DNA of 64,000 bases from an uncultured Verrucomicrobiae bacterium (GTDB lineage Bacteria > Verrucomicrobiota > Verrucomicrobiia > Chthoniobacterales > JAFAMB01), in assembly GCA_963762565.1 (NCBI GenBank), contig CAVXLD010000013.1, positions 1 through 64,000 on the forward strand, written 5' to 3'. The notes under the pieces were generated by a model, which ran no database searches, was not told where the DNA came from, and saw nothing but the letters and a program-made list of their open reading frames with translations. Both the position numbers and the translations under genes were made by a program. Positions 19,955 through 29,727 of the stretch are shown piece by piece (within the stretch, counting starts at the first letter, position 1; the number at the start of each line of letters is the position of its first letter).

Positions 19955-20773
19955 ATGCTTGAGGTACGTGATCTAACCGTAAAGTTCATCGCCGAGGGCG
20001 AAGAATTCACGGCTGTCGAGTCGGTCTCGTTCATTGTTGGTGATGGCGAGACTCTTGCCGTGGTGGGAGAGAGCGGGAGCGGAAAGAGCGTAACCGCTCT
20101 GGCGTTGACCAGATTGCTGCCTGAGCCGCCAGCCCACATCGCCGGCGGCGTCTTACTTGACGGCCAATCCATTTTCGCCAGCTCCGCACGTGACCTTCGC
20201 CAGATTAGAGGCCGGCAAATCGCTTATATTTTCCAGGAACCAGCGACCAGCTTAAACCCAGTCTTCTCGATCTACGAGCAACTGGCTGAGACCTTGCGGC
20301 GGCATCGGCCAGAGGTAAAGAATTTGCGCAAGGAAGTTCTTTATTGGCTAGATCAGGTAGGAATTCGCGAGCCAAACAAACGCATCGGTGATTACCCATT
20401 TCAACTAAGCGGTGGAATGCAACAACGAGTCATGATCGCGATGGCCTTGTGTGCTCGCCCAAAAATCCTAGTGGCAGACGAACCGACTACAGCCCTGGAT
20501 GTGACCGTGCAAAGTCAGATCCTCGACCTGTTCCGAGAGCTCAAACTGCGGTTCGGAATGTCGATTATCTTGATCACGCATAATTTCGGTATCATTCGAG
20601 GTCTAGCCGACAAAGTGGCGGTCATGTACCGGGGCCGGCTGTTGGAATTTGGCGAATGTAGTGCGGTTCTAAAAAACCCTCAGCACAGCTACACTAGAGC
20701 GCTAATCGATTGCGTCCCCCGGCTCGGCGCCGGCCTGCGCCGGCTCAAGACCATCGAGCGAAGCTCGCCTTAG
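19955..20773 (+). CDS. Oligopeptide/dipeptide ABC transporter ATP-binding protein (OppD/DppD-like)
   Basis: GESGSGKS, IFQEP, LSGGMQQR, ADEPTTALD. Confidence 0.93.
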   Translation: MLEVRDLTVKFIAEGEEFTAVESVSFIVGDGETLAVVGESGSGKSVTALALTRLLPEPPAHIAGGVLLDGQSIFASSARDLRQIRGRQIAYIFQEPATSLNPVFSIYEQLAETLRRHRPEVKNLRKEVLYWLDQVGIREPNKRIGDYPFQLSGGMQQRVMIAMALCARPKILVADEPTTALDVTVQSQILDLFRELKLRFGMSIILITHNFGIIRGLADKVAVMYRGRLLEFGECSAVLKNPQHSYTRALIDCVPRLGAGLRRLKTIERSSP

Positions 20774-21302
20774 GCGAGCTTCGGTGGGCTGCCGCAACGG
20801 CGACGTATTTTGCGGCCAGCTTGGGTAAAGCTGCGATTTCTTCCGGTTGGAGAGGCCGGATCACTTTGCCGGGTGAACCCAATACTAGTGAACCGGGCGG
20901 AATCTTGGTGCCCTTAGTCACTAGCGCCTGGGCTCCGATAATCGAGTCCGAACCAACCTCGGCGCCATCAAGGATGACGGCGCCCATGCCGACTAATACG
21001 CGATCTCCGATATGGCAGGCGTGAATCACGGCTCGATGTCCACAGGTAACATCGTCTCCGATCCGTACGGCGTAATCGTCGGCCACATGGAGAATACAGC
21101 CGTCCTGAATATTGGTGCGCCGGCCAATAACAATCTCGTTGATATCAGCCCGAATGACGGCTTGAAACCAGATGCTGGAATACTCGTCGACAGAAACTGC
21201 CCCGATTACATCCGCGGATCGAGCCACGAAAACCGACGACGCTAATTTTGGCGTGCTATGAATAGAACGCTCCCAACTGGCGATGACCTCTCTTTCAACC
21301 AT
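20745..21302 (-). CDS. Gamma carbonic anhydrase-family protein
   Basis: Hexapeptide repeats, IRAD, NIQDGCILH, GHRAVIHAC. Confidence 0.92.
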   Translation of the reverse strand: MVEREVIASWERSIHSTPKLASSVFVARSADVIGAVSVDEYSSIWFQAVIRADINEIVIGRRTNIQDGCILHVADDYAVRIGDDVTCGHRAVIHACHIGDRVLVGMGAVILDGAEVGSDSIIGAQALVTKGTKIPPGSLVLGSPGKVIRPLQPEEIAALPKLAAKYVAVAAAHRSSPKASFARWS

Positions 21303-21357
21303 AGGACGGTGAGCTTAGATTTGTTAGTTGCCGCTACTGGCTGGGATTCTTTCGCCA

Positions 21358-21451
21358 GTGATTAGTGATTGGTGATTAGTGGGGCTTAACATCGTCCTCG
21401 TGCTCGAGCCGGGGGCGTGCCGGAGTGTTGGAGTACGTGGAGTCGTGGAGT
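21358..21451. repeat. Composite of GTGATTG 7-mer, CGTCCT 6-mer and GGAGT 8-mer arrays
   Basis: Same unit types at 4457, 51293, 46294-46374 and 37544-37603. Confidence 0.7.
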
Positions 21452-21712
21452 CCTTAGACCGGTTAGTATAGTTAAATCGAGGTACTCTGAAACAGCGAAG
21501 CTACCTATTTTCTACCCCGGACTAGCCGGGTTCAGCCTTGGGAGAAGGTTTATTGGGTAAATCCCTCAGAAAAAAGCGGTTTCAAGCCACAAAATCGTGG
21601 TTCTGGATTGACAAATCGACTCGATTCCGATGAAACAGGGGAAACCGTGGGCGAATGCAGCGGCCCTGACAGGTGGTCCAGGAACCGATTGCCAATCCAG
21701 CCATCAATTTTC

Positions 21713-21988
21713 ATGAACAAAGTAGAGCTAGTCGAAGCGGTTAAGAAACAGCTCGGTTCCGAAACGAGCAAAGCCGACGCTGAAAAGGCGGTTACGGCTG
21801 TAATTCATTCTATTAAGGCGGGTGTGAAGAAGGACAAGATGGTTCAACTCGTTGGTTTCGGGACGTTCAAGGTGGTGGAACGGAAGGCGCGAAAGGGCGT
21901 AAACCCAAAGACGCTGCAACAAATTAAGATACCAAAATCGAAGACCGTAAAGTTTGTCCCCGGAAAGGATTTTAAAACAAAGGTTTAG
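21713..21988 (+). CDS. hup: HU-family DNA-binding protein
   Basis: MNKVELVEAV, QLVGFGTF, RKARKGVNPKT. Confidence 0.95.
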   Translation: MNKVELVEAVKKQLGSETSKADAEKAVTAVIHSIKAGVKKDKMVQLVGFGTFKVVERKARKGVNPKTLQQIKIPKSKTVKFVPGKDFKTKV

Positions 21989-22031
21989 GCTTAGATGATA
22001 AAATAGGGTACTTGGTTTCCCCCCCGTGACC

Positions 22032-22102
22032 GAGAAAACCCGTTTGGCCTTGTGCCGAACGGGTTTTCTCCCCTCTAGCCCCGAAAAGTATTCGGGGCTT
22101 TT
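22032..22102 (+). terminator. Two hairpins after HU (terminator-like)
   Basis: Stem at 22032-22070; AGCCCCGAA..TTCGGGGCT plus T tract at 22077-22102. Confidence 0.6.
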
Positions 22103-22126
22103 GTATTCGGGGCGTTTGTAATTACC

Positions 22127-23614
22127 ATGTCGAACGTGATTCTTACTGCGTCGGAGATGCAGGCGCTGGAGCAGCGTGCCTTTGCAGAGGGCGTCGACCA
22201 GGAAGGGCTGATGGACCTGGCCGGAATCGGCATCGCCAGAGAGATCCTTCGCCAAGAAAGCCGTCCAGGAATTTGTATCCTCTACCTAGGGAAAGGAAAC
22301 AACGCCGGTGACGCTCTTGTAGCCGGTTCTCTGCTACAGAATTCTGGGTGGTCTGTTCTGGCCCGATTCAGCGATCCTCCGGAGAACTTAGGGCCATTGC
22401 CTCGAAAGAAGCTGCGTGCTTTCGGATCTCCACCGCGCCATTTCAAAGGCGACGCGGACAGCATTTCCCGGAAGCTTCCCGTGGTCTTAGTTGACGGAAT
22501 CCTGGGTATTGGCTCTCGCCCCACGCTAGGCCCCGGACTGAAAGCGTTGACGCAGGAGATGAATCATTTGCGTTCCTCTCTGCGAGCGAAAACCTATGCT
22601 GTCGATGTGCCGACTGGAGTCACCGAGGAGGGCGTCGACGCCGACGCGGTGATCGCAGATATCACGGTGACCATCGGGTTCGCCAAGACGTGCCTTTTTC
22701 GGGATGACGCGACTAACTTCGTTGGCAAGATCCAATGTATCCCCCTGAAGGCCTTGAGAGAGCGTCTACCGGACGACAACCATCGTGACCGTTTCATTGA
22801 GGTTGACGATCTTCGCGGGCTGGTTCCAAGACGTAAGTTCGATTCGCACAAAGGCGATTTCGGTCGAATCGGAATAGTCGCAGGTTCGTTGGGTTTCGTC
22901 GGCGCTGGTGTACTTTGTTCCTTATCCGCAGTTAGAGCCGGTGGCGGGTTGGTAACCCTCTATACGATGCGGGACGATAGCTATCCGTTGCTGGCCGTTA
23001 AGGCGGCGCCCGAGGTTATGGTAAAACCGATCCACGACTACCGGGAAGTGCTCGATGACAGATTAACCGCCATCGCCATCGGCCCCGGTCTGGGAACCGC
23101 GCATGAGACTCCGGTCTTGGAAATCATTCGGAACTTCGAAGGTCCAATGGTAGTTGACGCGGACGCGCTGAACATTGTTTCCCACCAAATCAATACTCTG
23201 GCCAAGGTGGGGGGACCTCGCTTGCTGACGCCGCACCCGGGCGAAATGAGTCGGCTTTGGCCAACCGGCACGAGCTCCAGGGTTGAGACGGTGCGAGCTT
23301 TTACCGATCAATTTGAGGTTGCGCTCCTACTCAAAGGAGCACGAACCCTGGTTGGGCAGAAAGGAAAACCCCTGTCTTACAACGCAACTGGTACTCCCGG
23401 AATGGCCACAGGCGGATCAGGGGATATCCTTACCGGGGTGTGTGGAGCGCTGCTCGGGCGGCATTTGGGACCCTACGACGCCGCCAGGCTTGGCGCCTGG
23501 TTGTGTGGCCGAGCCGCCGAGCTTTCAGTCGACTCCGAGTCGGAAGAGTCGATGCTTCCGAGCGACACCCTAAGATACCTGGGCACGGCCTTTAGAGAGT
23601 TGCGGGAAGGGTAG
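22127..23614 (+). CDS. nnr: Bifunctional NAD(P)H-hydrate epimerase/dehydratase
   Basis: YjeF-N GKGNNAGD and AVDVPTG; C-domain SHKGDFG, DADAL, LTPHPGEM, MATGGSGD. Confidence 0.95.
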   Translation: MSNVILTASEMQALEQRAFAEGVDQEGLMDLAGIGIAREILRQESRPGICILYLGKGNNAGDALVAGSLLQNSGWSVLARFSDPPENLGPLPRKKLRAFGSPPRHFKGDADSISRKLPVVLVDGILGIGSRPTLGPGLKALTQEMNHLRSSLRAKTYAVDVPTGVTEEGVDADAVIADITVTIGFAKTCLFRDDATNFVGKIQCIPLKALRERLPDDNHRDRFIEVDDLRGLVPRRKFDSHKGDFGRIGIVAGSLGFVGAGVLCSLSAVRAGGGLVTLYTMRDDSYPLLAVKAAPEVMVKPIHDYREVLDDRLTAIAIGPGLGTAHETPVLEIIRNFEGPMVVDADALNIVSHQINTLAKVGGPRLLTPHPGEMSRLWPTGTSSRVETVRAFTDQFEVALLLKGARTLVGQKGKPLSYNATGTPGMATGGSGDILTGVCGALLGRHLGPYDAARLGAWLCGRAAELSVDSESEESMLPSDTLRYLGTAFRELREG

Positions 23615-23646
23615 GAGGGGGGTGGGATGTCGCCCTGCAACGACGT

Positions 23647-23820
23647 GGGAGGGCGCGCGTCCTCGCGCGCCGCGAACAGGTCCATAATCTTGGGTCTAAC
23701 CTGGCGCTGGTCGGGTCTGTCGTGGACTTCGATAACCATCCGGCGGCTGCCGGACGAGGACGCGATCCCTCCCGGCGATGGGCTCGAGGTCACGAGGACG
23801 AGGACGACGAGAACGAAGGG
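23647..23820. repeat. REP-like doublet GGGAGGGCGCG...GAGGACGCGATCCCTCCC plus GAGGAC 6-mer array
   Basis: Second copy at 46910-47093. Confidence 0.75.
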
Positions 23821-23879
23821 GCTGGTCAAGTCCCCCGTCCGTTTTGACAGAACCTGGCGACTCATCGACAGTCACCATC

Positions 23880-25169
23880 TTGATCAAGCCGCGTAATCTC
23901 GATCGTGTCTCTCCAAAGCTCCGATCGCAGGAAGATATCCTGCGCCGGCCGCTCTCGGAATGGTTCCTATTGCTGATGCTGGCGGCGGTTCAATTCACGG
24001 TCGCGGTCGATTTTGTTATCATGATGCCGCTCGGGCCGCAGCTCATCCGGATCTTCGATATCAATACGCCTGCCTTTAATCTAGCCGTGTCGGCCTATGC
24101 CGGCGCCGCGGGATTGGCGGGGATCTGCGGCGCTCTTTTTCTCGACCGGTTTGATCGAAAAACGGTTCTTTTAACGATCTACGCCGGGTTTACCATCGGC
24201 ACGTTGTTCTGCGGGCTAGCGCCCACTTACTGGACGTTAGTCTTGGCCCGTGCATTTGCCGGATGCTTTGGAGGGATTGTTGGTGGAATCAGCTTGGCTA
24301 TTGTCGGAGACCTGGTTCCCGAAGCTCGCCGAGCTTCAGCGATGGGAACGGTCATGTCCGCCTTCTCGGTCGCCCAGGTAGCCGGGATTCCATTGGGGCT
24401 CTATCTCGCGGATAAGCTCAGTTGGCATGTTCCTTTTGTTGCTTTGGCCGGATTAAGCGCAGTGATTTGGGCTTGCGCGCTGATCCAGTTGCCCAAGGTT
24501 CGCGCTCACCTCGCGCTGAGCCGAGGTGAAACCGCGATCCGCCGCTTTACCGCGATCTTGTTCAATGGAGACCATCTGCGGGCCCTGGCTTTTATGGCGG
24601 TGATCACGATGGGCGGGTTCATGATCATTCCCGATCTCGCAAATTATCTGGTGAACAATGTCGGGCTGAGCGCAGCGGAACTCCGATGGGTTTATCTCGT
24701 TGGCGGCGCCGCCACGCTGTTTACCATGAACGGTGTCGGCAGATTAGCCGATCGTTTCGGCCGGATGAGATTGTTCGGTATTATGATGGTGTGTTCGATG
24801 GCGGCGGCTCTTCTGATCACGCATTTGCCGGTGGCGCCGGTCGCCCTTGTGGTCGCGACCTCGACTTTCTTCATGATCAGTATGACCGGCCGCTTTGTGC
24901 CCGCTATCACCATGGTTACCAGCAGCGTCACTCCGGTGCATCGCGGCGGCTTTATGAGCATCAACTCGGCGGTGGCTCAGTTTAGTAGCGCAACCGCGGC
25001 CGCCCTGGCCGGATGCATCATTCATGATGGTCACAATCATCAGTTAATCGGGTTCGGCTTTGTCGGCTGGGCTTATCTAGGCTGGGCCGTCATCGGTCTG
25101 TGGCTAGGGGCACGAGTCCGGGGCGGGCTCAGGGAGCAACCAGTAGCGCAAGTGGCCGAAGCGGTCTGA
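23880..25169 (+). CDS. MFS transporter (DHA1-like)
   Basis: About 12 TM segments, DRFDRK and GRLADRFGR motifs; start approximate. Confidence 0.9.
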   Translation: MIKPRNLDRVSPKLRSQEDILRRPLSEWFLLLMLAAVQFTVAVDFVIMMPLGPQLIRIFDINTPAFNLAVSAYAGAAGLAGICGALFLDRFDRKTVLLTIYAGFTIGTLFCGLAPTYWTLVLARAFAGCFGGIVGGISLAIVGDLVPEARRASAMGTVMSAFSVAQVAGIPLGLYLADKLSWHVPFVALAGLSAVIWACALIQLPKVRAHLALSRGETAIRRFTAILFNGDHLRALAFMAVITMGGFMIIPDLANYLVNNVGLSAAELRWVYLVGGAATLFTMNGVGRLADRFGRMRLFGIMMVCSMAAALLITHLPVAPVALVVATSTFFMISMTGRFVPAITMVTSSVTPVHRGGFMSINSAVAQFSSATAAALAGCIIHDGHNHQLIGFGFVGWAYLGWAVIGLWLGARVRGGLREQPVAQVAEAV

Positions 25170-25185
25170 CTTGGCAGTCCTCCAG

Positions 25186-25725
25186 TTAGATGCCGGGGTC
25201 CGTAAGATAGTCCATCGCTACCGCTCCGGCCGAGGTGCGGGTTTCAACCGAAAGTTTTAGCAGGATATGCTCCACGTGCTTTTCGACCGTTCGTAGAGAA
25301 ATCGCTAGGATCTGGCCGATTTCTCCATTCCGTTTGCCCTTTGCTATCCAAAAAAGCACTTCCGCTTCCTTACAAGTTAACCCGAGCTTCTGTAGAGCAG
25401 TTGGATCATTGGGTTCGCGTTTTTCCTGAAATGCCAAATGAAACTCTTGTGGCGTTGGCGAGGGAAGTAATTCCACGATGAGCCTGCCAGTTTGCTGGTA
25501 AAGAACCAATTCATTGACTGGTTGGGTCTCGACAGTCGGGTGCCAGGTAAGTCGAGTTAGAAACCAGGCCCGTATTCTTTCCGGTAAAACCTCGATCCTG
25601 ACAGAATCGTCGTATTGTTCGACATAGATCCGCGCACTGAGAGTGGAGAAACGAATCCGTCCGGATTGATCGACGATCATATAACCGCGATCGTTGGCTT
25701 GGGCGGCAATAGTTAACCCGAGCAT
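25186..25725 (-). CDS. LuxR-family HTH regulator (possibly N-terminally truncated)
   Basis: GLTCKEAEVLFWIAKGKRNGEIGQILAISLRTVEKHVEHILLKL. Confidence 0.85.
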   Translation of the reverse strand: MLGLTIAAQANDRGYMIVDQSGRIRFSTLSARIYVEQYDDSVRIEVLPERIRAWFLTRLTWHPTVETQPVNELVLYQQTGRLIVELLPSPTPQEFHLAFQEKREPNDPTALQKLGLTCKEAEVLFWIAKGKRNGEIGQILAISLRTVEKHVEHILLKLSVETRTSAGAVAMDYLTDPGI

Positions 25726-25944
25726 ACCTCATATCTTGGCGTTATCGATATAGCTAAGAGTCATCTAGTGAAACCCGTGGCCTTGGATCAAGGAGACTAT
25801 CATGGCCAAGTGATGGTGCTGCCGTCATTTGGTCAAGAGCGTTGTCAGCAGCACAACGGTTGGCAACGGAGAACTGTTTGAGCCACTTTTCGGCGCAATC
25901 TCAGCCGGGATCGCCGAAGTCCTAGCAAAGTTGGCTACCGCTGG

Positions 25945-26280
25945 TTACAAATCCAGCAAAACCTCAAAGCTCGCTTGGCCTTCCTTCAAAGATTGAGATT
26001 CCTCACCCATCCGTATGAAATGAGGGGCTTCGAAATGAGCGACCAGAGCTCCGAAGTCTTGCCAGACCTCAACCAACACGTATTGTAACGGATCTTGAGG
26101 GTCCCAGAAAAACCGGTAGAAAATGTTGCCCGGTTCTTTTTGGGTTCCTTCCTGGAGTCGCAGAGCGGCTTCGATATATTCGGCTCTTTTTCCTTCGATC
26201 ACCTTTCCACGGACCAATAGGCCAAATGGAACCGTCTCATTTGGCAGTTGCCCACGAATTTGTGCCAGCAGAGGATTCAT
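25945..26280 (-). CDS. ABM-family (putative quinol) monooxygenase
   Basis: TQKEPGNIFY, LVEVWQD..AHFEAPH. Confidence 0.85.
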   Translation of the reverse strand: MNPLLAQIRGQLPNETVPFGLLVRGKVIEGKRAEYIEAALRLQEGTQKEPGNIFYRFFWDPQDPLQYVLVEVWQDFGALVAHFEAPHFIRMGEESQSLKEGQASFEVLLDL

Positions 26281-26298
26281 ATCTTTTTCTTCGGCCAA

Positions 26299-26446
26299 CG
26301 AACACAGAATAGCAAATAGCAGATAGCAAATCGAGACCATCGACCTCGGTCAGCGCGAAACCGCTTTTCAGATCCAAGCTCCGGATTGCGCCGGCCTGCG
26401 CAAGCAGAGCTTCCTTTGCTATTTGCTATCTGCTATTTGCTGTTCG
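26299..26446. repeat. Inverted element with AATAGCA 7-mer arms
   Basis: Arms at 26308-26331 and 26415-26446, between divergent genes. Confidence 0.85.
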
Positions 26447-26463
26447 GTCTTCCTTCTCAGCGC

Positions 26464-28491
26464 GTGAAATTACCCAAACTTCTATTTGGCGTTGCTACTG
26501 CGGATCATCAAGCCGAGGCGTTTGATCCAAACATCCCGGATTTCCGGGATGAATGGGAACGGCTAACCGGCCAAACTCTGCGAGGGCAAGCGACCGATTT
26601 CTGGAATCGATATCGGGAGGATATCAGTCTTGCCCGCGACCTCGGTTGCAAAATTTTTCGGTTCTCGGTTGGCTGGTCTCGAGTTGAACCAGAGCCCAGC
26701 AAATTTGACTCCTCGGTGCTGGAGCATTATCGGCAAGTCGCCTCCGCTATCCGCGAAGTGGGCATGTTGCCTTTGGTAACGCTTCACCATTTTACTTGGC
26801 CGATCCATATCCAAGAACGGGGGGGAATGATCGCGCAACATTTTCCCACCTGGTATCAAGCCTATGTGGCCCAAGTTGTGGAGGCGATCGGAGATCTGGT
26901 TCCTTATTGGATCACTTTTAATGAGCCGAACCTGTTGGTGTACGGCTACGTGAAACCGTGGTGGCAGGAAACCTATTTTGTCCCGCCTGGAGCCGGACCT
27001 GAAATCCCTCTTTCGACGCAATTGGAACGGGCAGCCCAGCTGATCCGCAACATCTTTGTGGGGCACCGATTGGCGAGAGAAACGATCCGGCAGAAGAACC
27101 CGGCGGCAAAGGTTGGAACTAATCCTTTTGTGTTGGGTCTGCCATCTGCGCTGCAATGGTTTATTGATTTTTTGGCGACGCGTACGCGGTCTAAGAAGCA
27201 ATTTGAACAGCGCTCAAAGCTGGTGGCAGAACCACCAATCCCGCCGCCAACTTCGGTTGATCTCGTGATTGCCCAATTCGCACCAACTCAAGATCGGGCA
27301 GCGAAGGTCGCATTCTCGAAGTCGTACGATGAAAGCACTGAGCGTTTGGTAGTCAGGAACGGAAGCGGCTTCATCCAGTTGGCAGATTTGAACGGTCACC
27401 GAGTCGGTTACGTTCGCGGTTCAGTCTCGAATCGTACCCTGGCCCGGTATGCGCCAAATTCCTTGCCCCGCCCATTTGAGACTCATCATAACGGATTGGA
27501 AGCTTTGGAGGCAGGCTGGATCGACGGGTTTATTGCGGACGAGGTCCGGATTACTCACGTTGGACTGCCCCCTTCTCTGGTGATGCTGGAACACGCATTG
27601 GGGCAATGGGAATGCGCGGTGGCTGTCGCCCGCGGCAATCCGGATCTATTAAACCTGGTGAACGCCGTGGTCGCGCGCGACCTTCCGGCGGGAGCTCCGA
27701 TCCACGGCCGGTCAATCGAAGCCATCCGGCGTCGGGGCCAGCTTCGAGTAGGTGTCACTTTCGATCCAAATGCCGAGTCGTTACCCGACCGGCTGAAGAA
27801 AGAGATCGATCTTGCTGAAGAGGTAGGGGAACGGATCTTTGGCCGGCGTGGTTGTGTTCAATTCGAACTTCTGCGGATGGATGAAAGAGTAAAATCACTC
27901 CGTTCCTGGCTTCATTTTTTCGAACCGGTGTTAAGAGCCGTTAGCGTTGTCGGTACCGTCCTGAACAGTAACTGGTGGCATCTGGGGATGGCCGGAAAAT
28001 TGCCGGAAATGTTTTGTCCTAAAGAATGTGCCGGTCAGCAGGATTTTGTGGGTCTCGATTACTATTGGGGAATCGATAGTCTCGAATTACATCGGATGCA
28101 CCAACTCATCGACGCCACCATGAGCCGGTTCGATGACGCGCCGGTCGATTCTCCAGGCTTACTAAGGTCGCTATCGCGGTTACATCGCTGGTTTCCAGAC
28201 AAAGAGATTCTCATCATCGAGAATGGATGTATCGAACACGCCGACAATTTAACTCGCGAGGAATACTTGCGCGCGCATATCCGCGAAGTGACTCGGGCTC
28301 GGGCAATGGGTATCCCGGTTGCCGGTTACATTTGCTGGAGCATCACTTCGAACCGGGAATGGGGACTGGAATTTGGGCCGGCGAGCGACTTCGGGTTGTA
28401 TCACATCGATCTCGACGATGATCCCGAGCTAAAGCGCGTATCGACTCCCAGCGCAGAAATGTATAAGCGGGTGATTCAGGAGGAGGGGTAG
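26464..28491 (+). CDS. GH1 glycoside hydrolase with inserted circularly permuted SBP family 3 domain
   Basis: FGVATADHQAE, FRFSVGWSRVEP, TLHHFTWP, TFNEP, IIENG, NREW..FGL; insert at 27256-27900. Confidence 0.88.
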   Translation: MKLPKLLFGVATADHQAEAFDPNIPDFRDEWERLTGQTLRGQATDFWNRYREDISLARDLGCKIFRFSVGWSRVEPEPSKFDSSVLEHYRQVASAIREVGMLPLVTLHHFTWPIHIQERGGMIAQHFPTWYQAYVAQVVEAIGDLVPYWITFNEPNLLVYGYVKPWWQETYFVPPGAGPEIPLSTQLERAAQLIRNIFVGHRLARETIRQKNPAAKVGTNPFVLGLPSALQWFIDFLATRTRSKKQFEQRSKLVAEPPIPPPTSVDLVIAQFAPTQDRAAKVAFSKSYDESTERLVVRNGSGFIQLADLNGHRVGYVRGSVSNRTLARYAPNSLPRPFETHHNGLEALEAGWIDGFIADEVRITHVGLPPSLVMLEHALGQWECAVAVARGNPDLLNLVNAVVARDLPAGAPIHGRSIEAIRRRGQLRVGVTFDPNAESLPDRLKKEIDLAEEVGERIFGRRGCVQFELLRMDERVKSLRSWLHFFEPVLRAVSVVGTVLNSNWWHLGMAGKLPEMFCPKECAGQQDFVGLDYYWGIDSLELHRMHQLIDATMSRFDDAPVDSPGLLRSLSRLHRWFPDKEILIIENGCIEHADNLTREEYLRAHIREVTRARAMGIPVAGYICWSITSNREWGLEFGPASDFGLYHIDLDDDPELKRVSTPSAEMYKRVIQEEG

Positions 28492-28506
28492 TTGGTAGGG
28501 ATCGGG

Positions 28507-28755
28507 TGGAGGGGAGCCGCTTTGTAGGATGGCAGTTCTATCGGTTGCAAGCAGGCGGCTCCCGGGAACTAACCAGCGCGTCGCATTTGCCCGCGGCTTC
28601 CGAACCAAGGCTGTTCGTGTTTCGTACGTCGTCGGTGGAAGTGGTAGACGCTGGGTGATTCTCGGGAGCCGTTTGTTCATCATCGCTTCGGCCGCTCGCC
28701 GCTTTAGGAGGAATGCACTGGGTCTTCAGGCAAATGCCAAAGCGGCTCCCCTCCA
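28507..28755. repeat. Four-block GGGAGCCGC scaffold element, copy 1
   Basis: Four conserved blocks shared, in inverted orientation, with 39806-40090. Confidence 0.9.
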
Positions 28756-28858
28756 TGCGCTACGCTTGGTTTTTCAGCTATTCAAGAGCCTCGCCCTACC
28801 AGCTGAATTGACTTTTGGAGCGCCAGCGTGGATTGAGTCTTCTTCACGGAGGTTAATT

Positions 28859-29386
28859 ATGAAATCTTTACTCGTTGCGTCTTTGTTGTCGGTCGGGTTT
28901 GCATTGAGTGCCTTGGGAGCATCCGACGACCAAAGCAATGGCACACTTAAATTAGGGGATCCAATTCCTGCGGTAACTGCCAAGGATCAGAACGGGCAAG
29001 ACGTAAATCTCGGTGAAAACAATACCGGATACACGTTGGTCTATTTCTTTCCTAAAGCGATGACCGCAGGCTGTACCGCTCAAGCATGCAGTTTGCGCGA
29101 TTCCTATACCGAGCTCCAAGGGAAAGGAGTTAAGATATTCGGTGTCAGCGTTGATACCGTCGACGCCCAGAAAGAGTTCGCCGAAAAGGATCATCTACCT
29201 TTCGAGCTGCTATCGGATCCGGATAAGAAGGTGATCACTGCGTTCGGTGTGCCGCTGTTTAAGAATGCGTACGCGAGTCGGCAAGCCTATCTGTTTAAAG
29301 ATGGCAAGTTGATCTGGTTCGATACGAAGGCGAGCACGGATAAGCAGGCAGCAGATGTCCTGAAAGTTCTGGCGAAACCAGCGTAA
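28859..29386 (+). CDS. Exported peroxiredoxin (BCP/PrxQ-like)
   Basis: Signal peptide, YFFPKAMTAGCTAQAC, PFELLSD. Confidence 0.9.
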   Translation: MKSLLVASLLSVGFALSALGASDDQSNGTLKLGDPIPAVTAKDQNGQDVNLGENNTGYTLVYFFPKAMTAGCTAQACSLRDSYTELQGKGVKIFGVSVDTVDAQKEFAEKDHLPFELLSDPDKKVITAFGVPLFKNAYASRQAYLFKDGKLIWFDTKASTDKQAADVLKVLAKPA

Positions 29387-29404
29387 GCCGCAAAGCGGCC
29401 CAAA

Positions 29405-29468
29405 TTGGTAGGGCGAGGCTCCGGATCTTCCCTGAAGCGTTCGCAAGGCGTTGCGCCTAGCCCTGCCA
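29405..29468. repeat. REP-like TTGGTAGGGCGAGGCTC doublet
   Basis: Same family at 34597, 38817, 50696 and 51325. Confidence 0.8.
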
Positions 29469-29574
29469 CTGGTTAGCTGTCGCCGATAAGTTGCCGAGCC
29501 GGTCACAGCGTTTGCCACCGCTCGGCGGTGAAGCTAGTAGCGTTGGGTATATTAGCGCCGCGGGTTTCGGCATG

Positions 29575-29727
29575 CGCAGTCCGTTGCGGATGGATGGGAC
29601 CTATATGACTTATGGGACTAATGGGAACTGACCCATACGTCCTATAGGTCCCATAAGTCCTATTCGGTAGCAGCGTCGACGGCTGCTTTTCTTCCGACCG
29701 GACGCCCATACGCCGAGCGCTCCCCCC
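29575..29727. repeat. Composite 9-mer (ATGGGACCT/GTCCCATA) plus 8-mer element
   Basis: Homologous, in inverted orientation, to 40955-41170 and 47800-48055. Confidence 0.8.

Noticed and set aside
25729..25731. Selenocysteine readthrough in the LuxR gene
   Set aside because: No redox-motif context and no recognisable SECIS hairpin.
28507..28755. CRISPR array (conserved blocks with variable spacers)
   Set aside because: Blocks alternate in orientation, differ in sequence and length, and no cas genes are present.
28529..28858. N-terminal extensions from the ORF track (peroxiredoxin; also MFS 23778, GH1 26386, bioF 38885, msrB 54517, HU 21608)
   Set aside because: They read through repeats or promoter DNA; downstream starts fit the families better.
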